Part shown: one piece after another, positions 46,659-56,990 of the stretch
How positions within the stretch are numbered: the stretch's first letter is position 1
Layout of the letters: every line of letters begins with the position of its first letter
From: Patescibacteria group bacterium
GTDB lineage: Bacteria; Patescibacteriota; WWE3; UBA101185; 2-01-FULL-41-18
Length of the DNA stretch: 64,000 nt
Direction of reading: 5' to 3'
Assembly (NCBI GenBank): GCA_038064575.1
Contig: JBBTST010000001.1
Coordinates: 35,650-99,649 of the forward strand
Translations under genes and position numbers: made by a program
The notes under the pieces: generated by a model
What the model was told of the DNA's origin: nothing
The model's input: the letters and a program-made list of their open reading frames with translations, nothing else
The model's database searches: none

Positions 46659-47573
46659 CTATTTCTTTCTGAAAAATCTCCTCCTAACAGCTATAAATAG
46701 TATAAAAGCTGGGAGCCAAATTACAGAATAAACTCCCACCCATATGGCCTTTGAGATCAAATCAAAAAGAGTGCTAACAAGGCTTCTTACAGCAAGTTTA
46801 AACACAAGTTCCGGTCTGAATGCCCCGGGAGTTGTATAAGAAAGGGACAACTCATCTTCAGATAAACTCACATCAATTCTTGAAAACTTTGAAGAGTCGT
46901 CTAAATACTGCTGTTCCCCCTTTATGGCATCTATTTGGGTTTGAAGATTAAAAATTTCCTGTTGAACTCTAAGAATATCCTCAATCTTCTCAGCTTTTGC
47001 CATCACAGCTTCAAACCGGACCTTATTGGAAAGCAAAATAGTAAGTCTTGCTTCATTATCTTTAAACTGGTCTGTGATATCCTGCCCTGTAAGATTTTCT
47101 GAAACTATCTTAACTGACAAAGACTTAAAGTAGGTCAAAGCCTCAGCAAGCTTTTCCTTAGGAACTCTTACTGAAATGTTTCCACTGCCCCCCTCATCCG
47201 GTCTTCTTATGAAACTAGCTACCATATATCCATTAAGATCCTCCGCCTTAGACTTAATCTTTTGAACCGTGTCCCTTACACTTTTAACCACAAGTGACAT
47301 GGAAGCATCCTCAATGGTCATCCTGTTTGCTGTCTGAGCTATTGGTGGGGAGGACACAGTTGACCTTGAAAGCTGTGGTGTCCTAAGCGCATTCATACCG
47401 GTTACGCCAGCTGACTCAGAATAGTAATTACTATCCCCACCATAATCACCAACGAACCTATTGGCACCAAAAGTGCCACCCAAAATGCTTCTTACCACAA
47501 AGAACCCAATAACGGCCAGAAGAAAGGCGGAAAGTTTATTAGTTTTAACCCAATTGAGAAGACTCATTAACAC
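46659..47573 (-). CDS. DUF4349-domain protein
   Basis: VRVP, DITDQF.D.EARL coiled coil, C-terminal TM. Confidence 0.85.
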   Translation of the reverse strand: MLMSLLNWVKTNKLSAFLLAVIGFFVVRSILGGTFGANRFVGDYGGDSNYYSESAGVTGMNALRTPQLSRSTVSSPPIAQTANRMTIEDASMSLVVKSVRDTVQKIKSKAEDLNGYMVASFIRRPDEGGSGNISVRVPKEKLAEALTYFKSLSVKIVSENLTGQDITDQFKDNEARLTILLSNKVRFEAVMAKAEKIEDILRVQQEIFNLQTQIDAIKGEQQYLDDSSKFSRIDVSLSEDELSLSYTTPGAFRPELVFKLAVRSLVSTLFDLISKAIWVGVYSVIWLPAFILFIAVRRRFFRKK

Positions 47574-47617
47574 TTACCAAATTCTAAATCTAGACTAATA
47601 CTTAAGTCAATAAGAGC

Positions 47618-48544
47618 TCACTTTTTAGTGCAAGCCTCTCTTCCAATGTCTGTTATATAAACCAGGTAATCATAAATCTCCTTGCCGTCAAAAAAAAGTA
47701 AATCACCTATAGGATAGGAACTTATAAACCTAAAACCATAATTCTTGTTTTTCTCAGTTAAGCTCTTACCACATAACCCATCACGTAGGCACAAAGCTGA
47801 ACTTGGTATTGCGGTAAATAAAAGAGAGAACTTCCGGGAGTCTTTTGTGGTCAGGATATAAGTTCCTCCAAAGATTCTAAGATCACCTTTTTCCAAGGTG
47901 TTGATCTTATAAGAGCCTTCAATAGTGTCTTTAAATTTTTTGTTAAAGCCTTCCAGTAAAGAAGCACTAATTGGACAGCTTGTCTCCTTGCTATTCTCTA
48001 AAGAAGACCCACTTGTATTTCTAGCAACATACGTCTTACTATCCCAACTCAAATAGTTTATTTCTCTAACACCAGTTTCAATAGAGCTAAATCTTTCAAT
48101 TTTAACTATGGGAGCAAAACTTTCATTGGCTTTTTCATGCCATGGGAAATCGTCAATTTTAATTTTTGTAACGCGCACTGAAGGATTATATTTGTCTCCT
48201 TTTACAAAGTAGCCTTCAACCCTCACATATTTTCTATTAAATAAAGGCAAATTAAGATTTGCATCTTCTAAAATATAAGCTGATCCAATACCTTCATCAT
48301 AAGCCTCAATTCCATAAAGTTTGTAGTATCTAAGATAATACAGTTTTGAAGTTTGGTCGTACTCTATAAAATACAAAGAAGTCTCCTCATCCAAAGGAAA
48401 TATTTCATCCTGAGAGGAAAGTTCCTTTCTGTCTATCCCCTCCTTTGCATCTGAGTTGCCTTCCTTTTTAGTTAGAGCACTTAGGTTTTTAAAGCCAAAC
48501 ACTAACAATAATAAAACAAAAAAAGTAAGTAAAAACTGCTTCAT
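47618..48544 (-). CDS. exported hypothetical protein
   Basis: signal peptide; 308-aa ORF. Confidence 0.7.
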   Translation of the reverse strand: MKQFLLTFFVLLLLVFGFKNLSALTKKEGNSDAKEGIDRKELSSQDEIFPLDEETSLYFIEYDQTSKLYYLRYYKLYGIEAYDEGIGSAYILEDANLNLPLFNRKYVRVEGYFVKGDKYNPSVRVTKIKIDDFPWHEKANESFAPIVKIERFSSIETGVREINYLSWDSKTYVARNTSGSSLENSKETSCPISASLLEGFNKKFKDTIEGSYKINTLEKGDLRIFGGTYILTTKDSRKFSLLFTAIPSSALCLRDGLCGKSLTEKNKNYGFRFISSYPIGDLLFFDGKEIYDYLVYITDIGREACTKK

Positions 48545-48621
48545 AGTAAACCTTCATTCATTATAAACAGATAAAAATTTTGTAAAAGGGCAATTACTCC
48601 AGATACTTAGCATAAGGTATA

Positions 48622-49434
48622 ATGACCAAAGTTATGGAAGCAGACAAAATAAAACAAATCAAAATAAATGTTCCAGCCCAACACAACCCACTTTTAAAGA
48701 AAGTGCTGGAAAAAATAAATGAGAGTGAAGAGGTTAAAACTTTGTGGACAGTAATCAACACAAATGCGCTAAGCCGGGATAAAATAACAGATCATGGCCA
48801 TATTCATTTTCAAATTGTTGCAAACATAGCACTTAAAATTTCACGAATTTTAAAGAAAAGGGGTTTACAACTTTCCATAGAGAATGATTATGGGCTCTCT
48901 TATGACCACGGGGAGATAGTAATTTTTCTTGCAAGTGTTTTGCATGATCTTGGAATGTCAGTAAGCAGAGAAGGACATGAAGAGTTCAGCCTCTTTATAG
49001 CAAATACTCTTTTAAGAGATCTGCTTTGTGATCTGCCTATGATAGAAAAAACAATAATAGTGTCAGATACTCTGCATGCCATAATCAGTCATAGAAAAGG
49101 CGGTACCCCAAAAACAATTGAAGCGGGGATTGTTAGGGTAGCCGATGCTTTAGATATGAGTGAGGGAAGATCAAGAATTCCATATGAAAAGGGTGACATA
49201 AACATTCATTCCATTTCAGCTGCAGCTATAGATAAGGTTGAAATAACTGAAGGAAATGAAAAACCAATTGAAATATTAATTTACATGAATAATTCTGCCG
49301 GGGTTTTTCAGGTGGACGATCTTCTGAATGGCAAGTTCAAGGGCTCAGGACTTGAAAATTATATGACTTTTAAAGCATCTATTTCAGGAGATCAGGAAAA
49401 AAACCTACTAGGAGAAGTAATTCACCAATTTTAA
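48622..49434 (+). CDS. HD-domain phosphohydrolase
   Basis: DHGHIH, LHDLG, ISH, ADALD. Confidence 0.88.
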   Translation: MTKVMEADKIKQIKINVPAQHNPLLKKVLEKINESEEVKTLWTVINTNALSRDKITDHGHIHFQIVANIALKISRILKKRGLQLSIENDYGLSYDHGEIVIFLASVLHDLGMSVSREGHEEFSLFIANTLLRDLLCDLPMIEKTIIVSDTLHAIISHRKGGTPKTIEAGIVRVADALDMSEGRSRIPYEKGDINIHSISAAAIDKVEITEGNEKPIEILIYMNNSAGVFQVDDLLNGKFKGSGLENYMTFKASISGDQEKNLLGEVIHQF

Positions 49435-49478
49435 TGCAAAAGAGCTCATTATCAATCTGATATACTTAACCTTAATCT

Positions 49479-50219
49479 ATGATTCTCCTTTTAATTATCG
49501 CTGCAACCTCTCTAATAAGCCTAGCTTCTTTTATTGGTCTCATTTCATTAAGCCTTAAAGAAGAAAACCTTTCAAAGATTCTAGTTTTTATGGTTTCTTT
49601 ATCCGCTGGAACTTTGATGGGTGGGGCGTTTTTACATTTGCTTCCTGAAGCCTCTCGTGAGTTTTCCGTTGAACCTGTACTTTTAACAACCCTTATGTCT
49701 TTTGTTCTATTTTTGTCAATTGAAAAGGTGTTGCACTGGCACCATTGTCACAACGGACACTGTGATCAACATACCGGGGGTTATATGAATCTATTAGGAG
49801 ATGTACTCCATAATTTTTTGGATGGACTTGTTATTGCAGCCGCCTTTAATACGGACCTTAAGCTTGGCATTGTTACTACTTTGGCTGTTGCTCTTCATGA
49901 AATACCACAGGAAATTGGTGATTTTGGCGTACTGATTTTTTATGGATTTTCAAAAACCAAAGCTTTGCTCTTAAATTTTTTGGTGGCTTCTTCTTCAGTA
50001 CTCGGTGGCATGGTTGGCTATTTCTGGCTTACAGGAAGTTCTTATCTGAATGCTTTTTTTATTCCCCTTGCAGCAGGAGGATTTATTTATATAGCAGCTT
50101 CCGACTTGGTTCCTGAAATAAAAAAGGAAGATAACACACTTAGATCACTTTTATCCTTTTTAACCTTTCTATCAGGAATTGCAATCATGTATCTTATGAA
50201 GTTTTTTGTGGATGTTTAG
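49479..50219 (+). CDS. ZIP-family metal transporter
   Basis: HLLPE, His/Cys loop, HNFLDG, HEIPQEIGD. Confidence 0.93.
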   Translation: MILLLIIAATSLISLASFIGLISLSLKEENLSKILVFMVSLSAGTLMGGAFLHLLPEASREFSVEPVLLTTLMSFVLFLSIEKVLHWHHCHNGHCDQHTGGYMNLLGDVLHNFLDGLVIAAAFNTDLKLGIVTTLAVALHEIPQEIGDFGVLIFYGFSKTKALLLNFLVASSSVLGGMVGYFWLTGSSYLNAFFIPLAAGGFIYIAASDLVPEIKKEDNTLRSLLSFLTFLSGIAIMYLMKFFVDV

Positions 50220-50227
50220 TTTTCCTC

Positions 50228-50276
50228 TTGACTAAAATATTTGAACGCATTAGTATATCCCCATACTAGGGATATA
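50228..50276 (+). promoter_or_regulatory. cop operon promoter with probable CsoR operator
   Basis: TTGACT-17-TAGTAT overlapped by inverted repeat TATATCCC-N7-GGGATATA (50254-50276). Confidence 0.78.
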
Positions 50277-50545
50277 TGTTTAGACCAAAAGATACACAAG
50301 AAAGACTAATTCACAGATTAAAAATCACTAAAGGACACCTGGAAAAAGTGATAAAAATGGTTGAAGCTCAGGAGTATTGCATTGATATAATACATCAATC
50401 TCAAGCCGTACAAAAAGCACTTAAAGAGTTTGATAACTTAATGCTTGAGAATCATCTTAAAACATGTGCCCTAAATCACATTAATGAAGGCAGACAGAAA
50501 GAGGCGATTGAAGAGGTTATGAAAGTTTTGAAGAAAGCCAAATGA
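50276..50545 (+). CDS. csoR: CsoR-family metal-sensing repressor
   Basis: RL...GH, YCIDII, ENHLKTC (C-H-C ligands). Confidence 0.88.
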   Translation: MFRPKDTQERLIHRLKITKGHLEKVIKMVEAQEYCIDIIHQSQAVQKALKEFDNLMLENHLKTCALNHINEGRQKEAIEEVMKVLKKAK

Positions 50546-50904
50546 GTCTTGATAAACTACTGGTAACATTATTTAGCCTTGCAGGAATAATCTTTACTTA
50601 CATTTTCTTCATAAAGAAAAAGGGGAAAGCTGTGGAGGCTTTTGATTCTATAGACATTATTGTAGATGGGGGGTACTCCCCAAACATAATATCGGTTCAA
50701 AAAGGCAAACCAATTAAAATAAGTTTCTTTAGAAAAGACCCTTCAAATTGTTTAGAAGAAATAACACTTCCGGATTTCAAAATTAGAAAGTTTTTGCCCC
50801 TGAATGAGAAAACAATTATAGAAATTAACCCTGAACAAGTCGGTCAATTTGACTACTCCTGCGGAATGAATATGTTCCACGGAAAAATTATAGTTAAGGA
50901 ATAA
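50542..50904 (+). CDS. membrane-anchored cupredoxin-fold copper chaperone (CupA-like)
   Basis: TM, GGYSP, NCLEE, SCGMNM; lies between the repressor and the ATPase. Confidence 0.85.
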   Translation: MSLDKLLVTLFSLAGIIFTYIFFIKKKGKAVEAFDSIDIIVDGGYSPNIISVQKGKPIKISFFRKDPSNCLEEITLPDFKIRKFLPLNEKTIIEINPEQVGQFDYSCGMNMFHGKIIVKE

Positions 50905-50907
50905 ATT

Positions 50908-53181
50908 ATGACTGAAACCAAAAAAACTATTTTAATTAAGGGGATGCACTGTGCTTCCTGCGTCAAAATCCTGGAAGACTCTTTGAGTGAGGTCAATGGG
51001 GTTAAAAAGGCCAATGTGAATCTTGCTACTAATAAGGCTACAGTAACCTATGACCCAGAAACAGTAACTGATGAAAAGCTTTGCCAAGCAGTTTCAGATG
51101 CCGGATATATGGCAAAACTTGATGAGGAAGATGACACTCAGGAAAAAAAAGAAAAGCTTAAAGAATTAAAAGCGTTAAAAACAAAAGTTATTGTCGGTTT
51201 GGTCCTTGGAGGGCTTATTTTATGGGGAAGTTTCCCAGGAATCATGAACTACTCTCCCATATTTCTTCAAAACTTTTTTGTTCAGCTTCTCCTGGCACTA
51301 CCAGTTCAATTTTGGGTCGGTCTTTCTTTTTATAAAGCTACACTCCCCGCGCTAAAACATAGAAGCGCAAATATGGACACCCTAGTTGCGTTGGGAACAT
51401 CCGTAGCATTTGGCTATTCGGCAGTAGTCACACTCTTTCCGCAAATTGTTGAGAGCGTTGGAATTGAACCTATGCCCTATTTTGATGTATCAACTATAAT
51501 AATTGCGCTCATTTTATTAGGTAGGTTTCTTGAGGCAAGGGCAAAACTTAAAACTTCTGATGCAATTAAAAATTTATTAAACTTGCAGGCAAAAACGGCA
51601 AGGGTTAAAAGAGATGGAAAAGAGATGGATATCCCTATAGAAGAAGTATTAGTTGGAGATTTAATAGTAGTAAGACCCGGAGAAAAGATTGCTGCAGATG
51701 GGGTTATTATTGAAGGCGAGTCCTCTATAGACGAATCCATGGTCACCGGAGAAAGTATTCCTGTAGATAAAATCCCAGGGGACAGCGTAATAGGAGCAAC
51801 CATTAATAAAACCGGAAGTTTTGTGTTTAGAGCCACTAAAATTGGCAAAGAAACAATGCTTTCACAAATTATTAAACTTGTTGAAGAGGCTCAGGGAAGT
51901 AAAGCCCCTATTCAAAGAATTGCCGATCTAATCTCATCATATTTTGTTCCAATTGTAATAATGCTGGCCTTTACAACTTTTGCCCTCTGGTACAATTTTG
52001 GCCCGGAACCTGCATTTTTATATGCTTTATTAAACACCGTTGCTGTTCTTATTATTGCGTGTCCTTGCGCCATGGGACTTGCAACACCAACTGCTATTAT
52101 GGTTGGGACAGGCAAGGGAGCAGAACACGGCATTTTGATCAAAGATGCCCAAAGCCTTGAAGTTGCTCACAAAATAAACACGATTATTTTTGATAAAACC
52201 GGAACTTTAACGGAGGGTAAACCAAAAGTAACCGATTTTCTTTTTATGGAAAACTTAGAAGAACTAAGAGAAGAATTTAATTGGCAGGTATCAAAAAACA
52301 TAAAATTGGAAGGATACATTTTAAACATTGTTTATTCAATTGAAAAAAAATCTGAACACTCATTGTCTGAAGCAATTGTTAAATACTCAGAGAGCAAGGG
52401 TGCAAATACTCTTGAAGTAAAAGGTTTTAGAGCCATACCGGGAAAGGGTTTGGGAGGCGTTGTAGATGGTAAAGATGTGCTTGTTGGCACAAAAGCATTT
52501 ATGGAACAGGAGCAAGTTATGAAATGCGCAGGCTTACTTGAGACATCTGACCACCTAGCACTTGAGGCAAAAACTTTAGCTTTTGTGAGCATTGATAAGA
52601 AAAATGTAGCTCTGATTGCAATTTCTGACACACTTAAAGAAACAGCTCCTCACACAGTTGATACTCTACAGCATATGGGTATAGAAGTAGCCATGATAAC
52701 TGGCGATAACAGAAAAACTGCGGAAGCTATGGCTAAAAAACTTGGCATTACAAGAGTTTTAGCAGAAGTATTACCGGCACAAAAAGAGGAAGAAGTAAGA
52801 AAGATTCAAAAAGAAGGAAAAATAGTTGCCATGGTTGGCGATGGGATAAATGATGCCCCCGCTCTTGCCGCGGCAGATGTAGGCATAGCTATGGGAACAG
52901 GAACAGATGTAGCAATTGAAGCCTCAGATATAACCTTAATAAGTAAAGATCTAAAATCAGTAGCAACGGCTATAGAACTTTCCAAAAAAACAATGAGAAC
53001 AATTAAATTGAATCTTTTTTGGGCATTTGGTTACAATATAATCCTTATACCTGTTGCTATGGGAATTTTATATCCATTTTTTAAAATTTTATTAAATCCT
53101 ATTTTTGCCTCAGCTGCCATGGCCCTAAGTTCCGTATCAGTTGTTTCAAATTCCCTTCTGTTAAAAAGATTTAAGATTTAA
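50908..53181 (+). CDS. copA: Cu(I)-exporting P1B-type ATPase
   Basis: GMHCASC, TGES, CPC, DKTGT, GDGIND, YN, MALSS. Confidence 0.95.
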   Translation: MTETKKTILIKGMHCASCVKILEDSLSEVNGVKKANVNLATNKATVTYDPETVTDEKLCQAVSDAGYMAKLDEEDDTQEKKEKLKELKALKTKVIVGLVLGGLILWGSFPGIMNYSPIFLQNFFVQLLLALPVQFWVGLSFYKATLPALKHRSANMDTLVALGTSVAFGYSAVVTLFPQIVESVGIEPMPYFDVSTIIIALILLGRFLEARAKLKTSDAIKNLLNLQAKTARVKRDGKEMDIPIEEVLVGDLIVVRPGEKIAADGVIIEGESSIDESMVTGESIPVDKIPGDSVIGATINKTGSFVFRATKIGKETMLSQIIKLVEEAQGSKAPIQRIADLISSYFVPIVIMLAFTTFALWYNFGPEPAFLYALLNTVAVLIIACPCAMGLATPTAIMVGTGKGAEHGILIKDAQSLEVAHKINTIIFDKTGTLTEGKPKVTDFLFMENLEELREEFNWQVSKNIKLEGYILNIVYSIEKKSEHSLSEAIVKYSESKGANTLEVKGFRAIPGKGLGGVVDGKDVLVGTKAFMEQEQVMKCAGLLETSDHLALEAKTLAFVSIDKKNVALIAISDTLKETAPHTVDTLQHMGIEVAMITGDNRKTAEAMAKKLGITRVLAEVLPAQKEEEVRKIQKEGKIVAMVGDGINDAPALAAADVGIAMGTGTDVAIEASDITLISKDLKSVATAIELSKKTMRTIKLNLFWAFGYNIILIPVAMGILYPFFKILLNPIFASAAMALSSVSVVSNSLLLKRFKI

Positions 53182-53858
53182 ATCTTTCCTCTTTTAGCCC
53201 ATGTAAACTTAACTATTGTAAGCATTTCTAAGATTCCTAAAAACAGTAAAGCTGGATAAAAAATCAAAGAAGAAAGAGACAACTCCCTAAAACGCGACCC
53301 CAGCAAAAAAGCGTGCATGAGAATAAAAACTCCGGCTACATAGATTAGTCTGTGAAGTTTCTTCCAAATTCTAAAAGTCAGCTTCCCAACAGCATAATCA
53401 AAAGAAGTAAGTGCTAGTAAAAATAGAATAAATAAGGAAATGCCCCCAAAAGTAACAGTAACTACATAAGAAAGCGGACTCAAAGCCAAGCCTTTAAAAC
53501 CACCAACACTAAAATTAAAAGCATAAAAGGCGTGTACAAACCCAAAAATAAAAGCGGATACACCCAAAGCTCTTCTTGCCTGTAAAAGTTTAGCTCTATA
53601 GGAAATTTTAGGAAAAACTATAATCAGAGGTGATACAAGCAGTGACAAATATAGAAAACCTATTGAAATCAAAGCATTTATACTAATCATAAATTTAATA
53701 ATGTTACCCGGTTCTTTTATATTAAATTCCGAATAAAAAAGTAATGAGAAAATCAAGGAAAAAGAGAAAAACATTATGTAAAATCTGATGTTTTTGATCT
53801 GGTATTGGATTTGTAACTTAATAAGCTGTATCACTGACCTATTATACGTTGATGTCAA
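53178..53858 (-). CDS. MsrQ/YedZ-like heme-binding membrane protein; start uncertain
   Basis: [24 protein letters not shown]. Confidence 0.85.
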   Translation of the reverse strand: MTSTYNRSVIQLIKLQIQYQIKNIRFYIMFFSFSLIFSLLFYSEFNIKEPGNIIKFMISINALISIGFLYLSLLVSPLIIVFPKISYRAKLLQARRALGVSAFIFGFVHAFYAFNFSVGGFKGLALSPLSYVVTVTFGGISLFILFLLALTSFDYAVGKLTFRIWKKLHRLIYVAGVFILMHAFLLGSRFRELSLSSLIFYPALLFLGILEMLTIVKFTWAKRGKI

Positions 53859-53886
53859 GTACCCAATTTTTTGATTAAATTAGACT

Positions 53887-54873
53887 ATGACAAGAATTCA
53901 GAAAATGTTATTTTTTCTTCTAACTGCCTTTCTACTTCTATTATTCTTATACAAACTAAATAGAAGCACTCAACAACCTTCTGTTTTAGAACAAAACAAA
54001 GATAGAAAAGTTTTGGTTGTCATATTTAATCCCAACATCTCAAATCAAAAACTTATAGCTGAAAAAAAGTGGAATGCTCCTTCCGACTTAATCAAAAAGT
54101 TTGTAGAGGATATAACTCTTGTAAGTAAAGGCAGACTCAACTATCAGGTAATAGAATTACTTGAAATAAACCAATTTCCAATCAAGGAGGATGGCTTTAA
54201 GTATTCTCAAAAGGTTTATTTGACTTGTTTATCAGATCCTAAAAAGTGTCATGAAAAAGACACTTTGGATTATAAAGTACTATTTGATCAATTTGAGGTT
54301 TGCAAAAAGGTGAACAGAAATGAACTGGACGAGGTTTGGCTTTTTGGTGGACCCTATTTTGGATTTTATGAATCAAGGCTTGCCGGTCCCAAAGCATTCT
54401 TTTATAACTCTCCTCCCCTATTAGCTACTAACTGCCAGAAACTGGTTCCAGTTATGGGCTTTAATTATGAAAGAAGCGTTTCAGAAATGTTGGAAAGTTT
54501 TGGGCATAGAGTGGAGTTCACACTAACAAAAGTCTTTGAAAATGCCAAGGTCAATGACTGGGAAAGATTTACAAGATATGATCAAAAGTTTCCGGGCAAA
54601 GCAGAATGCGGAACAGTCCATTTTGCACCTAATTCTACTAGGGATTATGATTGGTCAAATTCAAACTATGCTTTAAGTAATTGTGACTCCTGGTACAGTT
54701 TCCCAGAGGTCACACATAAACCTGAGCTGATTAACTGTCAAAAGTGGGGGTGCCAGGGATATGATTATAAAAAATACTGGCTGGCACTCATCCCCATAGC
54801 AGCAGGAGAAACAAAAGGAATTAAAAATGACTGGTGGTCTTATATCTCAAATCCTAATCTAATAGGAAAATAA
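53887..54873 (+). CDS. exported Cys/Trp-rich hypothetical protein, possibly zincin-like
   Basis: N-terminal TM; DEVWLFGGP, MGFNYER, ESFGHRVE, CGTVHF. Confidence 0.65.
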   Translation: MTRIQKMLFFLLTAFLLLLFLYKLNRSTQQPSVLEQNKDRKVLVVIFNPNISNQKLIAEKKWNAPSDLIKKFVEDITLVSKGRLNYQVIELLEINQFPIKEDGFKYSQKVYLTCLSDPKKCHEKDTLDYKVLFDQFEVCKKVNRNELDEVWLFGGPYFGFYESRLAGPKAFFYNSPPLLATNCQKLVPVMGFNYERSVSEMLESFGHRVEFTLTKVFENAKVNDWERFTRYDQKFPGKAECGTVHFAPNSTRDYDWSNSNYALSNCDSWYSFPEVTHKPELINCQKWGCQGYDYKKYWLALIPIAAGETKGIKNDWWSYISNPNLIGK

Positions 54874-54931
54874 CTTTAGCATCCAAGCATAAGAACTTTA
54901 CTCAGGAGTTTTTTACCTCTCAAACCCGCTC

Positions 54932-55786
54932 TTAGGCGTGAAGTAAAATTCCACCTAGTCTTAATTTAAAGTTATAATTTTTAAGAATGGATGAAACCAA
55001 AGACTCAAGCTCATTTCTGTAACTTGGAGAGCCCGCCATATAAAACTTATCCAAGGCTTTTTCAGGAGCGTCATGCAACTCTTCAAATAATCTTTTTTTA
55101 ATGTAGGGTGAAAGATTTATGTGCTCAATATAAAGCTCTTTTACCCCAACACCACACAGGGAATCAAAAATTTCTCTTAAACTCTCAGGATTTGCTGTAA
55201 AATGAGGCAGAAGAGGCCCAACAAAAGCGTAAGTTTTTATTCCCTCTTCATTTAATTTTTTAAGAGCCTCCAGTCTTTGAGACACACTGGGCGCAAACTT
55301 TTCAAAATAACGGGAAATGGAATCCTTGGTGGAAGTAATTGTCAGCCCTACTTCAACGCTCTTAAGTTTTTTAAAAATATCCATATCCCTCAAAACAAGG
55401 TCTGACTTGGTAAGAATTCCAATACTACCCTCAAACCCTGCATCAAGAAGCACTTCAAGACAGCCTCTGGTTAGTTTGTATTTTGCTTCTAAACCCTGAT
55501 ATGGATCTGTGACCGAGCTTAAAAAGACATTTGTTCCAAAACCTTTATTTTTTAATTTTTTGACTTCAGTTTTCAAAAGTTTGGGCGCGTTAATCTTGGC
55601 ATATACATAATTTCCCCAATCTTTTATATCTTTTCCAACATATCTACCCATAAAACTTGCGTAGCAATACGTACAACCAAACCTACAGCCTGTATAAGGA
55701 TTAATAACAAAATCACAGTCCGGAAGTTTACTTGGGACAAGTATAGATTTAGCCTGAACTTCTTTCACTTCAAAATCAGAAACCAT
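54932..55786 (-). CDS. radical SAM protein, SPL-like family
   Basis: NPYTGCRFGCTYCYA, SSVTDPYQ, LTKS.LV.RD. Confidence 0.9.
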   Translation of the reverse strand: MVSDFEVKEVQAKSILVPSKLPDCDFVINPYTGCRFGCTYCYASFMGRYVGKDIKDWGNYVYAKINAPKLLKTEVKKLKNKGFGTNVFLSSVTDPYQGLEAKYKLTRGCLEVLLDAGFEGSIGILTKSDLVLRDMDIFKKLKSVEVGLTITSTKDSISRYFEKFAPSVSQRLEALKKLNEEGIKTYAFVGPLLPHFTANPESLREIFDSLCGVGVKELYIEHINLSPYIKKRLFEELHDAPEKALDKFYMAGSPSYRNELESLVSSILKNYNFKLRLGGILLHA

Positions 55787-55867
55787 ATAGCAAATATACC
55801 ATAAACCAAAGTTAACCCGAAGTATAGCTATAACTTTAAAAAAACTTTCCTGCTAGAATTAGGTTGG

Positions 55868-56968
55868 ATGATAAAGATTAAAGTATTGACCCTATTCATT
55901 TTTTTAGTATTTGTATTTTTGGGCTTAAAAGCATTTACCCCAAAGCCTACCACAAAAGCTCCTGAAAAAACCGCTCAACAAATACCAAAAAGTCAAGAAG
56001 TTAAAAATGAACTTCCACTTTTAGAAGACCCTGTTAAACTATTTTATCCACCTAATGGCAGCTTACTCAAAAGTAAGCGTGTAACTTTCTTTGGGAAAAT
56101 TGCACAGAGTAAAGATAAATTCTTACTTAACTACACATTTAAAAAAGAAAAGTTGGCTTATAATGAGGATGATTTTATAGACACCTTTAATTTTATTCCG
56201 GATACTGAGAAAAATTTTATTATCTGGGTTGATGGACAAATAGCAAAAGATGTCCAAACCCTACCTCAATTCCCAAAAGTATACTGCTTTGGGCAGACTG
56301 AAACTTCAAACAAAGAGACATGTCTTAAGGATAAGCAGGAGCATCTGCCTCCGGTACTTTTTTTTGTTACTAGAGAACTACCACCTGGCAAGCATGAGTT
56401 AAAGGTACAGTTTGATAACAAAGAATATAGCAGTAGCTTTAACATTGAGAAAACTATAGATAACAAAAAAGAAGATTCTTTAAAAAAATTGTTGGAAACA
56501 CATAAAAGTGAGGAGTTTGAAACTCCCATTTTTAATGAAGATACTTGTTATAGCGGTTGGTATTTTCCCAAGGATTTTTTACATATACCAATACCAAACA
56601 TAGCCAGTAACGAAGTTTTTTTTAAAGTTTTAATGCCTTCAAGTAAGCAACCAACAACCCAAAAAAACCAGGTATTCCTAAACCTTGGCGGGCAGTTGCA
56701 TGAGCTTAATCTTCCCGTTGAAAATGTGTTCTACTTTAAGACTGAGAGAATAAACCAATATATAGGAGGTTTTAATTACTTTTACCCCCCTCTAAATTCC
56801 CTCTACTACCAAGACGGCACAAATGCCAAACCTATTTATACTGATGTAGACAATGGCTACTACTTCTTTGAAACTTTCTACCTGCTGCCATTTGATTTAT
56901 CTCAAAATTATTACTTTAATTCCTTACTCGAATGGAAAACAATATCCTGGTCTGGCTGTGATGGCTAA
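55868..56968 (+). CDS. exported hypothetical protein
   Basis: signal/anchor sequence; possible Ig-like segment LPPGKHELKV. Confidence 0.7.
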   Translation: MIKIKVLTLFIFLVFVFLGLKAFTPKPTTKAPEKTAQQIPKSQEVKNELPLLEDPVKLFYPPNGSLLKSKRVTFFGKIAQSKDKFLLNYTFKKEKLAYNEDDFIDTFNFIPDTEKNFIIWVDGQIAKDVQTLPQFPKVYCFGQTETSNKETCLKDKQEHLPPVLFFVTRELPPGKHELKVQFDNKEYSSSFNIEKTIDNKKEDSLKKLLETHKSEEFETPIFNEDTCYSGWYFPKDFLHIPIPNIASNEVFFKVLMPSSKQPTTQKNQVFLNLGGQLHELNLPVENVFYFKTERINQYIGGFNYFYPPLNSLYYQDGTNAKPIYTDVDNGYYFFETFYLLPFDLSQNYYFNSLLEWKTISWSGCDG

Positions 56969-56990
56969 AAGCATCTGCTATAATCAAAAA

